From Rebecca billardiae RCC1528 (Eukaryota; Protista; Haptophyta): a DNA stretch of 64,000 bases. Below are positions 52,801-58,310 of the stretch, piece after piece. The stretch is taken from positions 496,001-560,000 of the forward strand of contig OZ251225.1 in NCBI GenBank assembly GCA_965240325.2, in the 5' to 3' direction. The translations under genes were made by a program, and so were the position numbers. The notes beneath the pieces are model-generated. The model worked only from the letters and a program-made list of their open reading frames with translations, had not been told where the DNA came from and did no database searches. Position 1 is the first letter of the stretch, and each line of letters begins with the position of its first letter.

Positions 52801-55800
52801 GGGCGGCGGGCTGGGCGGCGGCGAGGGTGGAGGCGACGGCGGCGGGCTCGGCGGCGGGGACGGCGGCGGACTCGGCGGCGGAGAAGGTGGCGGCGAGGGC
52901 GGCGGGCTCGGCGGCGGGCTTGGCGGCGGCGAGGGCGGCGGCGATGGCGGCGGGCTGGGAGGCGGGGACGGAGGTGGCGGCGATGGCGGCGGCGATGGCG
53001 GCGGGCTCGGCGGAGGGCTCGGTGGCGGTGACGGCGGCGGTGACGGCGGCGGGCTCGGCGGCGGGCTCGGCGGCGGCGACGGCGGCGGGCTCGGCGGCGG
53101 GCTCGGCGGCGGCGACGGCGGCGGGGGCGACGGGGGCGGCGAGGGTGGCGGACTCGGCGGCGGCGACGGCGGCGGCGACGGCGGCGGGCTCGGCGGCGGT
53201 GAAGGCGGCGGGCTCGGCGGCGGGCTTGGCGGTGGGCTCGGCGGCGGGCTCGGCGGTGGCGAGGGCGGCGGCGGGCTCGGCGGCGGGCTCGGCGGTGGCG
53301 AGGGCGGTGGGCTCGGCGGTGGGCTCGGCGGCGGGCTCGGCGGTGGCGACGGTGGTGGGCTTGGCGGCGGGCTCGGCGGCGGGCTCGGCGGTGGGCTGGG
53401 CGGCGGCGAGGGCGGCGGCGGCGATGGTGGCGGGCTCGGCGGTGGGCTTGGTGGTGGCGAGGGCGGCGGGCTGGGCGGCGGGCTGGGCGGCGGGCTCGGG
53501 GGTGGCGAGGGAGGTGGGCTGGGCGGCGGGCTGGGCGGCGGGCTCGGCGGCGGCGAGGGCGGTGGCGGCGAGGGCGGTGGTGAGGGTGGCGGGCTGGGTG
53601 GTGGCGAGGGCGGCGGGCTCGGCGGCGGGCTTGGCGGTGGTGAGGGCGGCGGGCTCGGCGGCGGGCTCGGCGGTGGCGAGGGCGGCGGGCTCGGCGGCGG
53701 GCTCGGCGGCGGTGGCGAGGGCGGCGGAGAGGGCGGTGGGCTTGGCGGCGGGCTCGGCGGCGGGCTCGGCGGTGGCGACGGCGGCGGGCTAGGCGGCGGC
53801 GACGGCGGCGGGGGCGAGGGCGGCGGGCTGGGCGGCGGGCTGGGCGGCGGCGAGGGTGGAGGCGACGGCGGCGGGGACGGCGGTGGGGACGGCGGCGGGC
53901 TCGGCGGCGGAGAAGGTGGCGGCGAGGGCGGCGGGCTCGGCGGCGGGCTCGGCGGCGGCGAGGGCGGCGGCGAGGGCGGCGGGCTGGGAGGCGGGGACGG
54001 AGGTGGCGGCGATGGCGGCGGCGATGGCGGCGGGCTCGGCGGAGGGCTCGGTGGCGGTGACGGCGGCGGTGACGGCGGCGGGCTCGGCGGCGGGCTCGGC
54101 GGCGGCGACGGCGGCGGGCTCGGCGGCGGGCTCGGCGGCGGCGACGGCGGCGGGGGCGACGGGGGCGGCGAGGGAGGCGGACTCGGCGGCGGCGACGGCG
54201 GCGGCGACGGCGGCGGGCTGGGCGGTGGTGAAGGTGGCGGACTCGGCGGCGGGCTGGGCGGCGGGCTCGGCGGCGGGCTCGGCGGTGGCGAGGGCGGCGG
54301 CGGGCTCGGCGGCGGGCTCGGCGGTGGCGAGGGAGGTGGGCTCGGCGGCGGGCTCGGCGGCGGGCTCGGCGGTGGCGAGGGTGGTGGGCTTGGCGGCGGG
54401 CTCGGCGGCGGGCTCGGCGGTGGGCTGGGCGGCGGCGAGGGCGGCGGCGGCGATGGTGGCGGGCTCGGCGGTGGGCTTGGTGGCGGCGATGGCGGCGGGC
54501 TGGGCGGCGGGCTGGGCGGCGGGCTCGGGGGTGGCGAGGGAGGTGGGCTGGGCGGCGGGCTGGGCGGCGGGCTGGGCGGCGGCGACGGCGGTGGTGGCGA
54601 TGGCGGCGGGCTGGGCGGCGGGCTGGGTGGTGGCGAGGGCGGCGGGCTTGGCGGCGGGCTTGGCGGCGGTGAGGGCGGCGGGCTTGGCGGCGGCGATGGC
54701 GGCGGGCTCGGCGGCGGGCTCGGCGGCGGGCTCGGCGGCGGTGGCGAGGGCGGCGGAGAGGGCGGTGGGCTTGGCGGCGGGCTCGGCGGCGGGCTCGGCG
54801 GTGGCGACGGCGGCGGGCTGGGCGGCGGCGACGGCGGCGGAGGCGACGGCGGCGGGCTGGGCGGCGGGCTGGGCGGCGGCGAGGGTGGAGGCGACGGGGG
54901 CGGAGACGGCGGCGGGGAAGGCGGCGGGCTCGGCGGGGGCGAGGGCGGCGGCGACGGCGGCGGGCTAGGAGGCGGGGACGGAGGCGGCGGCGATGGCGGC
55001 GGCGATGGCGGCGGGCTCGGCGGAGGGCTCGGTGGCGGTGACGGCGGCGGGCTCGGTGGTGGACTCGGCGGCGGGCTCGGCGGCGGCGACGGCGGCGGGC
55101 TCGGCGGCGGGCTCGGAGGAGGCGATGGTGGCGGGGGCGACGGCGGCGGGCTCGGCGGCGGTGAAGGCGGCGGGCTCGGCGGCGGGCTTGGCGGAGGGCT
55201 CGGCGGCGGCGACGGCGGCGGGCTCGGCGGCGGGCTCGGCGGCGGGCTCGGCGGCGGGCTCGGCGGTGGCGAGGGCGGCGGCGGGCTCGGCGGCGGGCTC
55301 GGCGGTGGCGACGGGGGTGGGCTCGGCGGTGGGCTCGGCGGCGGGCTCGGCGGTGGCGAGGGTGGTGGGCTCGGCGGCGGGCTGGGCGGCGGCGATGGCG
55401 GCGGGCTGGGCGGCGGCGAGGGCGGCGGCGGCGATGGCGGCGGGCTCGGCGGTGGGCTTGGTGGCGGCGAGGGCGGCGGGCTGGGCGGCGGACTCGGCGG
55501 TGGGCTCGGGGGTGGCGAGGGAGGTGGGCTGGGCGGCGGGCTCGGCGGCGGGCTCGGCGGCGGCGAGGGCGGTGGCGGCGAGGGCGGTGGTGAGGGCGGC
55601 GGGCTTGGCGGTGGCGAGGGCGGCGGGCTCGGCGGTGGGCTCGGCGGTGGGCTTGGCGGTGGGCTCGGCGGCGGCGAGGGCGGCGGGCTCGGCGGCGGGC
55701 TTGGTGGCGGCGAGGGCGGCGGCGGCGAGGGCGGCGGGCTCGGTGGTGGCGACGGCGGCGGGCTCGGTGGCGGGCTGGGCGGTGGGCTCGGCGGCGGGCT

Positions 55801-57714
55801 CGGCGGTGGCGAGGGCGGCGGCGAAGGCGGCGGGCTGGGCGGCGGGCTCGGCGGCGGCGACGGCGGCGGGGGCGACGGCGGCGGGCTGGGCGGCGGGCTG
55901 GGCGGCGGAGAGGGTGGAGGCGACGGCGGCGGGGACGGCGGCGGTGAGGGCGGCGGGCTCGGCGGCGGAGATGGTGGCGGGCTGGGCGGCGGTGAGGGCG
56001 GCGGCGACGGCGGCGGCGAGGGCGGCGGCGAAGGCGGCGGGCTGGGAGGCGGGGACGGCGGCGGTGGCGACGGCGGCGGCGATGGCGGCGGGCTCGGCGG
56101 TGGACTGGGCGGAGGTGACGGAGGCGGCGACGGCGGCGGGCTGGGGGGCGGGCTCGGCGGCGGTGACGGCGGCGGGCTCGGTGGCGGGCTGGGAGGCGGC
56201 GAGGGAGGAGGCGGCGATGGCGGCGGCGATGGCGGCGGCGATGGCGGCGGGCTTGGCGGCGGGCTGGGCGGCGGGCTGGGCGGCGGAGAAGGTGGCGGGC
56301 TGGGCGGCGGCGACGGCGGCGGGCTCGGTGGCGGGCTCGGAGGCGGCGAGGGAGGCGGTGGCGACGGGGGCGGCGAGGGAGGCGGGCTCGGCGGGGGTGA
56401 AGGCGGCGGGCTTGGCGGCGGTGACGGCGGCGGGCTCGGCGGCGGTGACGGCGGCGGCGAAGGCGGAGGGCTCGGTGGCGGGCTCGGCGGTGGCGACGGT
56501 GGCGGAGGCGAGGGCGGCGGGCTCGGCGGCGGCGAGGGAGGTGGGCTCGGCGGCGGGCTCGGCGGCGGGCTCGGTGGCGGACTGGGCGGCGGCGAAGGCG
56601 GCGGCGGCGACGGTGGCGGGCTTGGCGGTGGGCTTGGTGGCGGTGAGGGCGGTGGGCTCGGCGGCGGACTGGGCGGCGGGCTCGGGGGTGGTGACGGCGG
56701 GGGGCTCGGCGGCGGGCTCGGCGGCGGGCTCGGTGGCGGCGACGGCGGTGGTGGTGATGGCGGCGGCGAAGGCGGCGGGCTCGGCGGCGGCGAGGGCGGC
56801 GGGCTCGGCGGCGGGCTCGGCGGCGGGCTCGGCGGCGGCGAGGGGGGTGGCGGTGACGGAGGCGGCGACGGCGGCGGGCTCGGCGGTGGCGACGGCGGCG
56901 GGCTCGGCGGCGGGCTGGGCGGTGGGCTGGGGGGTGGCGACGGTGGAGGGCTCGGCGGCGGGCTCGGCGGCGGGCTCGGCGGCGGCGACGGCGGTGGTGG
57001 TGACGGCGGCGGCGACGGCGGCGGGCTTGGCGGCGGCGAGGGTGGCGGGCTCGGTGGTGGGCTCGGCGGTGGGCTCGGCGGCGGCGAGGGCGGCGGGCTC
57101 GGCGGCGGCGACGGCGGCGGCGACGGCGGCGGCGAGGGGGGTGGCGGTGACGGAGGCGGCGACGGCGGCGGGCTTGGCGGTGGCGAGGGCGGCGGGCTCG
57201 GCGGTGGGCTCGGGGGCGGGCTCGGGGGTGGTGACGGTGGTGGGCTTGGCGGCGGGCTCGGCGGCGGGCTCGGTGGCGGGCTCGGTGGCGGCGGGCTGGG
57301 CGGCGGGCTCGGCGGCGGGCTCGGCGGCGGGCTCGGCGGCGGGCTCGGCGGCGGGCTCGGCGGCGGGCTCGGCGGCGGGCTCGGCGGCGGCGGGCTCGGC
57401 GGCGGGCTCGGCGGCGGGCTCGGCGGCGGGCTCGGCGGCGGCGACGGCGGCGGGCTTGGCGGCGGGCTCGGCGGCGGGCTCGGCGGCGGGCTCGGTGGCG
57501 GCGGGCTCGGCGGCGGGCTCGGTGGCGGGCTCGGCGGTGGGCTCGGCGGCGGGCTCGGCGGCGGGCTCGGCGGCGGCGGGCTCGGCGGCGGGCTCGGCGG
57601 CGGGCTCGGCGGCGGGCTCGGGGGCGGAGAGGGCGGCGGGCTCGGCTGGGCATTGACGCCGCCAATCGTCAGGCAGAGCGCGAATATCGCGCAGTGCAGG
57701 GCAGTGCGGCTCAT
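34900..57714 (-). CDS. Giant (~7520 aa) extensin-like/polycystin-like membrane protein: signal peptide, Ser-Pro3 rod, LCYxF repeats, IPT/TIG, REJ, EGF, GPS-like, multi-TM; exons 57714-35368, 35254-35138, 34998-34900
   Basis: Start MSRTALHCAIFALCLTIGGVNA-Q; uninterrupted frame. Motifs: VEPPGGPTTGGTLVTLSGSGF and VSLNGQQY (IPT); LVLDASGSNDP, NVAPWGG..SPEVG..FTEF..GWTDDPEDKPLYYEF (REJ); CNGRGTC..CACEAGWYGTAC (EGF). Two phase-0 GT-AG introns (113+139 nt) restore hydrophobic C-terminal exons. Confidence 0.9.
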   Translation of the reverse strand: MSRTALHCAIFALCLTIGGVNAQPSPPPSPPPSPPPSPPPSPPPSPPPPSPPPSPPPSPPPSPPPSPPPSPPPPSPPPSPPPSPPPSPPPSPPPSPPPSPPPSPPPSPPPPSPPPSPPPSPPPSPPPSPPPSPPPSPPPSPPPPSPPPSPPPSPPPSPPPSPPPSPPPSPPPSPPPSPPPSPPPSPPPSPPPPSPPPSPPPSPPPSPPPSPPPSPPPSPPPSPPPSPPPSPPPSPPPSPPPPSPPPSPPPSPPPSPPPSPPPSPPPSPPPSPPPSPPPSPPPSPPPSPPPPSPPPSPPPSPPPSPPPSPPPSPPPSPPPSPPPPSPPPSPPPSPPPSPPPSPPPSPPPSPPPSPPPSPPPSPPPSPPPSPPPPSPPPSPPPSPPPSPPPSPPPSPPPSPPPSPPPPSPPPSPPPSPPPSPPPSPPPSPPPSPPPSPPPSPPPSPPPSPPPSPPPPSPPPSPPPSPPPSPPPSPPPSPPPSPPPSPPPSPPPSPPPSPPPSPPPPSPPPSPPPSPPPSPPPSPPPSPPPSPPPSPPPSPPPSPPPSPPPSPPPPSPPPSPPPSPPPSPPPSPPPSPPPSPPPSPPPSPPPSPPPSPPPSPPPSPPPSPPPSPPPSPPPPSPPPSPPPSPPPSPPPSPPPSPPPSPPPSPPPSPPPSPPPSPPPSPPPPSPPPSPPPSPPPSPPPSPPPSPPPSPPPSPPPSPPPSPPPSPPPSPPPPSPPPSPPPSPPPSPPPSPPPSPPPSPPPSPPPSPPPSPPPSPPPSPPPPSPPPSPPPSPPPSPPPSPPPSPPPSPPPSPPPSPPPSPPPSPPPSPPPPSPPPSPPPSPPPSPPPSPPPSPPPSPPPSPPPSPPPSPPPSPPPSPPPPSPPPSPPPSPPPSPPPSPPPSPPPSPPPSPPPSPPPSPPPSPPPSPPPPSPPPSPPPSPPPSPPPSPPPSPPPSPPPSPPPSPPPSPPPSPPPSPPPPSPPPSPPPSPPPSPPPSPPPSPPPSPPPSPPPPSPPPSPPPSPPPSPPPSPPPSPPPSPPPSPPPSPPPSPPPSPPPSPPPPSPPPSPPPSPPPSPPPSPPPSPPPSPPPSPPPSPPPSPPPSPPPSPPPPSPPPSPPPSPPPSPPPSPPPSPPPSPPPSPPPSPPPSPPPSPPPSPPPPSPPPSPPPSPPPSPPPSPPPSPPPSPPPSPPPSPPPSPPPSPPPSPPPPSPPPSPPPSPPPSPPPSPPPSPPPSPPPSPPPSPPPSPPPSPPPSPPPPSPPPSPPPSPPPSPPPSPPPSPPPSPPPSPPPSPPPSPPPSPPPSPPPSPPPSPPPSPPPSPPPPSPPPSPPPSPPPSPPPSPPPSPPPSPPPSPPPPSPPPSPPPSPPPSPPPSPPPSPPPSPPPSPPPSPPPSPPPSPPPSPPPPSPPPSPPPSPPPSPPPSPPPSPPPSPPPSPPPSPPPSPPPSPPPSPPPPSPPPSPPPSPPPSPPPSPPPSPPPSPPPSPPPSPPPSPPPSPPPSPPPPSPPPSPPPSPPPSPPPSPPPSPPPSPPPSPPPSPPPSPPPSPPPSPPPPSPPPSPPPSPPPSPPPSPPPSPPPSPPPSPPPSPPPSPPPSPPPSPPPPSPPPSPPPSPPPSPPPSPPPSPPPSPPPSPPPSPPPSPPPSPPPSPPPSPPPSPPPSPPPSPPPPSPPPSPPPSPPPSPPPSPPPSPPPSPPPSPPPPSPPPSPPPSPPPSPPPSPPPSPPPSPPPSPPPSPPPSPPPSPPPSPPPPSPPPSPPPSPPPSPPPSPPPSPPPSPPPSPPPSPPPSPPPSPPPSPPPPSPPPSPPPSPPPSPPPSPPPSPPPSPPPSPPPSPPPSPPPSPPPSPPPPSPPPSPPPSPPPSPPPSPPPSPPPSPPPSPPPSPPPSPPPSPPPSPPPSPPPSPPPSPPPSPPPPSPPPSPPPSPPPSPPPSPPPSPPPSPPPSPPPSPPPSPPPSPPPSPPPPSPPPSPPPSPPPSPPPSPPPSPPPSPPPSPPPSPPPSPPPSPPPSPPPPSPPPSPPPSPPPSPPPSPPPSPPPSPPPSPPPPSPPPSPPPSPPPSPPPSPPPSPPPSPPPSPPPSPPPSPPPSPPPSPPPSPPPSPPPSPPPSPPPPSPPPSPPPSPPPSPPPSPPPSPPPSPPPSPPPSPPPSPPPSPPPSPPPPSPPPSPPPSPPPSPPPSPPPSPPPSPPPSPPPSPPPSPPPSPPPSPPPPSPPPSPPPSPPPSPPPSPPPSPPPSPPPSPPPSPPPSPPPSPPPSPPPSPPPSPPPSPPPSPPPPSPPPSPPPSPPPSPPPSPPPSPPPSPPPSPPPSPPPSPPPSPPPSPPPPSPPPSPPPSPPPSPPPSPPPSPPPSPPPSPPPSPPPSPPPSPPPSPPPSPPPSPPPSPPPSPPPPSPPPSPPPSPPPSPPPSPPPSPPPSPPPSPPPSPPPSPPPSPPPSPPPSPPPSPPPAPPPSPPPSPPPSPPPSPPPSPPPSPPPSPPPSPPPSPPPSPPPSPPPSPPPPSPPPSPPPSPPPSPPPSPPPSPPPSPPPSPPPSPPPSPPPSPPPSPPPSPPPSPPPSPPPSPPPPSPPPSPPPSPPPSPPPSPPPSPPPSPPPSPPPSPPPSPPPSPPPSPPPSPPPSPPPSPPPSPPPPSPPPSPPPSPPPSPPPSPPPSPPPSPPPSPPPSPPPSPPPSPPPSPPPAPPPSPPPSPPPSPPPSPPPSPPPSPPPSPPPPSPPPSPPPSPPPSPPPSPPPSPPPSPPPSPPPSPPPSPPPSPPPSPPPSPPPSPPPSPPPSPPPPSPPPSPPPSPPPSPPPSPPPSPPPSPPPSPPPSPPPSPPPSPPPSPPPAPPPSPPPSPPPSPPPSPPPSPPPSPPPSPPPSPPPSPPPSPPPSPPPPSPPPSPPPSPPPSPPPSPPPSPPPSPPPSPPPSPPPSPPPSPPPSPPPPSPPPSPPPSPPPSPPPSPPPSPPPSPPPSPPPSPPPSPPPSPPPSPPPSPPPSPPPSPPPSPPPSPPPSPPPSPPPSPPPSPPPSPPPSPPPSPPPSPPPSPPPSPPPSPPPSPPPSPPPSPPPSPPPSPPPSPPPSPPPSPPPSPPPSPPPSPPPSPPPSPPPSPPPSPPPSPPPSPPPSPPPSPPPSPPPSPPPSPPPSPPPSPPPSPPPSPPPSPPPSPPPSPPPSPPPSPPPSPPPSPPPSPPPSPPPSPPPSPPPSPPPSPPPSPPPSPPPSPPPSPPPSPPPSPPPSPPPSPPPSPPPSPPPSPPPSPPPSPPPSPPPSPPPSPPPSPPPSPPPSPPPSPPPSPPPSPPPSPPPSPPPSPPPSPPPSPPPSPPPSPPPSPPPSPPPSPPPSPPPSPPPSPPPSPPPSPPPSPPPSPPPSPPPSPPPSPPPSPPPSPPPSPPPSPPPSPPPSPPPSPPPSPPPSPPPSPPPSPPPSPPPSPPPSPPPSPPPSPPPSPPPSPPPSPPPSPPPSPPPSPPPSPPPSPPPSPPPSPPPSPPPSPPPSPPPSPPPSPPPSPPPSPPPSPPPSPPPSPPPSPPPSPPPSPPPSPPPSPPPSPPPSPPPSPPPSPPPSPPPSPPPSPPPSPPPSPPPSPPPSPPPSPPPSPPPSPPPSPPPSPPPSPPPSPPPSPPPSPPPSPPPSPPPSPPPSPPPSPPPSPPPSPPPSPPPSPPPSPPPSPPPSPPPSPPPSPPPSPPPSPPPSPPPSPPPSPPPSPPPSPPPSPPPSPPPSPPPSPPPSPPPSPPPSPPPSPPPSPPPSPPPSPPPSPPPSPPPSPPPSPPPSPPPSPPPSPPPSPPPSPPPSPPPSPPPSPPPSPPPSPPPSPPPSPPPSPPPSPPPSPPPSPPPSPPPSPPPSPPPSPPPSPPPSPPPSPPPSPPPSPPPPSPPPSPPPSPPPNPPPSPPPSPPPAPPPSPPPSPPPSPPPSPPPSPPPSPPPSPPPSPPPSPPPSPPPSPPPSPPPSPPPSPPPSPPPSPPPSPPPSPPPSPPPSPPPSPPPSPPPSPPPSPPPSPPPSPPPSPPPSPPPSPPPSPPPSPPPSPPPSPPPSPPPSPPPSPPPSPPPSPPPSPPPSPPPSPPPSPPPSPPPSPPPSPPPSPPPSPPPSPPPSPPPSPPPSPPPSPPPSPPPSPPPSPPPSPPPSPPPSPPPPSPPPAPPSPPPVPPPSPPPSPPPSAPPSPPPNPPPSPPPPSAPPSPPPSPPPPSPPPSPPPSPPPPSSPPPPPRVVPFPPPPPSPPPSPPPSPPPSPPPLAPPSPPPTPPPSPPPSPPPPSSPPSSPPSPPSAPPPPPPSPPPPSPFPPPLPPPPPLPPSPPPPPSPPPPSPQPPPSSPPPSPPSPPPPSSPPRPPPPSPPPPPPPSPPPRTTEFVVAVVGTPETIDLAVAALAGGLPAAGDTIFLATASCDGASADAALGGEFTAAEQDGTSVAVVTMPSAITRLRFCHAPAGGGAVVELPNAELDVYGIDAAALLAVRAVASEQQLVGTGVNSNENLADQAAWMAAGTAAAACAGLSGSALATCVDTECASAAGAGAPQAAVGSGGRATFTFAAAGSFELCYKFGDTAGRPWSLFADTLVDSRGVDSMADPGAADTSAVVGSSLLLEFSGAGVAEGDRAYLLPANLTACPRAATYALEYGDAYGGVQPLDAGLQAAFAFAQPEASLQLCYGFGGYDGGAFVPYPALTASALAVLSPARTVGVVGVAEAVAFSGVGVGAGDSAFWTVEADCSAGALPSLGGEQTVDASGSASFTFTDTTAAGLASLCYQFATEGAHVHVPAVQYDAFALDEQALVVVKGVAEPLPLSGYGVADGDLAFFADASAGAPDCASLTPDPALGGELTVADGAISLVTSAGIVAAELCYKFGAEPYVHYPGAQLSSYEVTGPSAAVFAVVGLEESVAFSGVGVKAGDQAKWVNASLGCDAPPSGHAGTLPSDPSVRTAAYQTVRAGGVTPFTFFDGLAELHLCYRFSRPDGGFEPWVLVPEVTASAAEVSAPALTTATAGVPTTITLRGIGLSAADQEAFYATDCSVGAAASFSGLLVPTFVGDGAASVTFTPSTYSSAALSLCYNFRAKGVAAFAAVSLEVFELLAFSDADIPDALRLGGVGAPTSGAIIVSAPRTFWFGGVGVSDADRAFLVPPGATSCACTAPGCRPWQQQTGGLQSVATTRLGDATATYTFLADNGGVGYQLCYSFAGNAFKLYPAFTLDVYEVTEPTVRIAATSTVATFAEVIQFEGVGVGAGDLALWVLLSGDTASGAQVATDCASAAAAGYEYVAPVQSVSANGTIGPTEYMREVSGAVLCYKFVGFEWHLFATSTLSVTLSRNPFALAEIGSIQPVGAALGSSTEVTIFGTGFAAGEGDPFDRALGWFNARGAESLVCVFGGNKGERSFVTAVASDHIVCPAPAAYAVAREVFLELEAARCTADELAEGVCCTAAELERDSACEKRIAVSSGFTFYELSAVRALRLLPPGSPQGLLPADNLLTVAGYEEGAAELDAYVDLGRLTVRYVRDGSVLAELPGSLPDKGLAEMVAGVPYASPTGVGTFYNFTVDVSLDGASFSSDGPQFVLYNAIVEAGFPAGAPIGAPTALTLLGGGFVDLDGAAVCIYTDASGAEALAPATILATTTVVCAAPTDVRAGSYAVTLSLNGGYNVEPVVFDEIGFELYDLASVNVTAVEPPGGPTTGGTLVTLSGSGFAAYGDNQTACVIDLGGGDVQLAAAQLLDDPPRLLCEMPAFTGGGRRLAGEGLRNATISATLNGGAEGSIAPGGVPFYFYDQPSVAGATPDTLDAEGGAAVRVTGSGFRALADIDAAFEAYVRVRFGEQVASGTASDDAEVGVTSPVGLGATPIEVSLNGQQYAPEAASATFSGSYAPVINRVVFDDTATKLLVIFDAQGTNRANQLGTFACANVLTAASVATLRGSSASAPTCNWQDSRTLVAFLSASTAAGPGSTISVRPNTIAAPTVGGVASTKFSTASGTVDRDFPCLTTCPVPTMALSGSAQLSACDGDSLTVDASASSGGGVVPLAFEWGVDASVTDFSATLSAALKRPAGTPNAVLSAQRDVLTLSNDIVPADARTMTFLVRARSFTGSASPISRWTVTKVGKAAPSVQILAPATLDARASQSTGLLARGQAAACWTGSKALLYTWTHDRTVAGAPATPAALATALGSTAGSSLLIPANTFVFGRTYRLRVRVAMAADPTFSAEASVDVRVLTEPLQVFFAQGERSASADEPLVLDASGSNDPADALSALGSIAFAFSSAQAAIDPAWVSGGVLTVPANALAPGEYTFTVTGTKGTRSASASVGVTMQAGELFDVTVDLKRAKVPANGQLVLEGGASWADRRRDRFSYLWSCDEIDLDKAGAVGGTGRTRATIVIDPSALSPGQTYTFRLDASSSGAAGISSFAVVSATTNVAPWGGSIVASPEVGQAIFTEFFLAARGWTDDPEDKPLYYEFRRDGNLQLTSRSLAKFVQVYLPAGVHNVSLSVSDVYGATSTVECPVVANEAELTGTQVDEVSTLIDDLISQADTGAALQIIFALIDSQQGSGGGARRRLLERGGAGGARALQQAGDGDTALKKSLISQIYELQQLAAVSESEQLQQLQTLSATLATSSDVEPEAQNIALDVLEALTASTTVDLGADARAALAASIGSLLDAAELYATNETVAELFNATSGDVGSVRLVLARLIEYVQDEVAPALIADAVAGEGSRLFDLAKVKLLVERRVALELNDAVIDSPTGDITVTLPGDNRVLNAAGLSEAAGVTLNLVEWTSNVYALIEQSGAQLRTTPFALFFADGANVPLALDLASNESAFDVTIRTVSTAPTKDKGDPSYNCSADESGRACNGRGTCSGGDACACEAGWYGTACNHWLGCAVWDGPTLSWVPTDTTYAPTLGNYDEYWAGAGSSGALRCKPTSLGDFAGTLQAEPMPPPPAPPPPPPPSPDSPSPPPHAPPEIIEIITLPVISQIYTIAIAVVGGLNLMLVGAACAREMRVKPEARRSALLKKMAARSGALERARSRSHGRLPFHLRARFALEDGLSLLGLAQGETAPGLRTPEIVQIVFTQLMFQLWLQAFLFAGEGELGVPLPAPESLQGGRRALQQAAGGGSGADFVAHVAISTLLAAPALYVTRLLFVLVLGLAWGATPFGVARRLLVATIVCLFPTAARKKWKVGRGAGGARPMQTTPVRTEAAAAGRAADPAVVASGGSGSAAGATSAGGTPSAGKTPTTIADVLAEKDDGTQYLPSSAPRRRPPLTGPGGELRSGVRERIAVPRQLLDDGDGRPAPPPGEGGPSVRRVPPPWSEGADKNATRMKPPWELAGAPAAAGGAPPPPPRRPPPGPPPPRTDSSAARPGSSGGGSERRGSGAACSSRVAPTNPPVGRAAAIPPAAQPEPEGGAAGPAGFRARGMDGSTDGEPPPSPRPPSPPPSPPSGAERDEEEDVRVHPEGADATATALVYPDGEEETATTRPAPPTEGAAGGVTRASPFLREATVARYKVDGGESFAYGTGEVPEAKKELTTVDKIRVRDAHARARLARARPGGAVLGAHPCTRARPPLRRALRRRPWPGCCSSRSSASLPTLRWRARSSTRSPSRPLRSQRLRCVRGRATRGAERARACERASARPARVRVHCRLTNERPPRAPPPNAQVATCATFVVEEPIVILLFAGISHMAADVAGGL
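44840..57645 (-). repeat. Coding 12-bp tandem repeat (Ser-Pro-Pro-Pro)n, roughly 1000 units, with higher-order structure
   Basis: GGCGGCGGGCTC-type units on the + strand with synonymous variants; periodic 15-bp SPPPP units. Confidence 0.98.
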
Positions 57715-58310
57715 GATGGCTCTAGTCTGTGTTCGCGAGCTGTGTGGGAGCACCCGACACTCTCTCGAGAGCGTCCGTTGTGCGCGAGGCTCGCGACAAG
57801 CGCCGGCCCGAGCTTGGCCCAGCTGTACCCGTCGGCAAGAGTAACGCGGCGCGCTGACCACGGCTCGAGCTGAACAGCAAACGCTCGCAACCGCGGGGAG
57901 CCAGAAAGTGTCGTCGACTCGTCGGGCTCGGCAGAAATAGACGCGGCTGAAACCGTCACTGCACACAATTTGATTGGTCTGTGTCTCAACTTCCTAGCTT
58001 ACGCGGGTACGATTTCAATCATCAGTCGATCGTCGGCGACTCGGCGAGTTGACGTCCTTGATACATACGGCTTACAGTTACGATTAATTCTATGGCGGGC
58101 CGTCATGTTTTATTGTACATCAGCACTATGATTTTTAAATGTGTTGTAGCAGTGAGTAGCACCTCATTTTTCGCTGATCTGCTAATATTAACGACGTGGT
58201 ATGCAACGGGCAGGCGTCAGAGTCAGCAAGCTGTAGCAGCAGATCGAGCAGCAGAGACAAACACCAGGATCAGCGCTCCTCGCCGTCGTCCCCCCCCTCA
58301 TAGTCGCCCA

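Noticed and set aside
44840-57645. CRISPR array, telomeric or satellite interpretation of the repeat
   Set aside because: No unique spacers and not a telomere motif; codon-structured variation shows it is coding
44291-57844. 4517-aa Gly-rich + strand ORF, plus the 4342-aa Arg-rich and 2631-aa Ala-rich ORFs
   Set aside because: Shadow frames of the SPPP repeat. Variation is synonymous only in the Ser-Pro frame, which alone has a signal peptide and downstream domains
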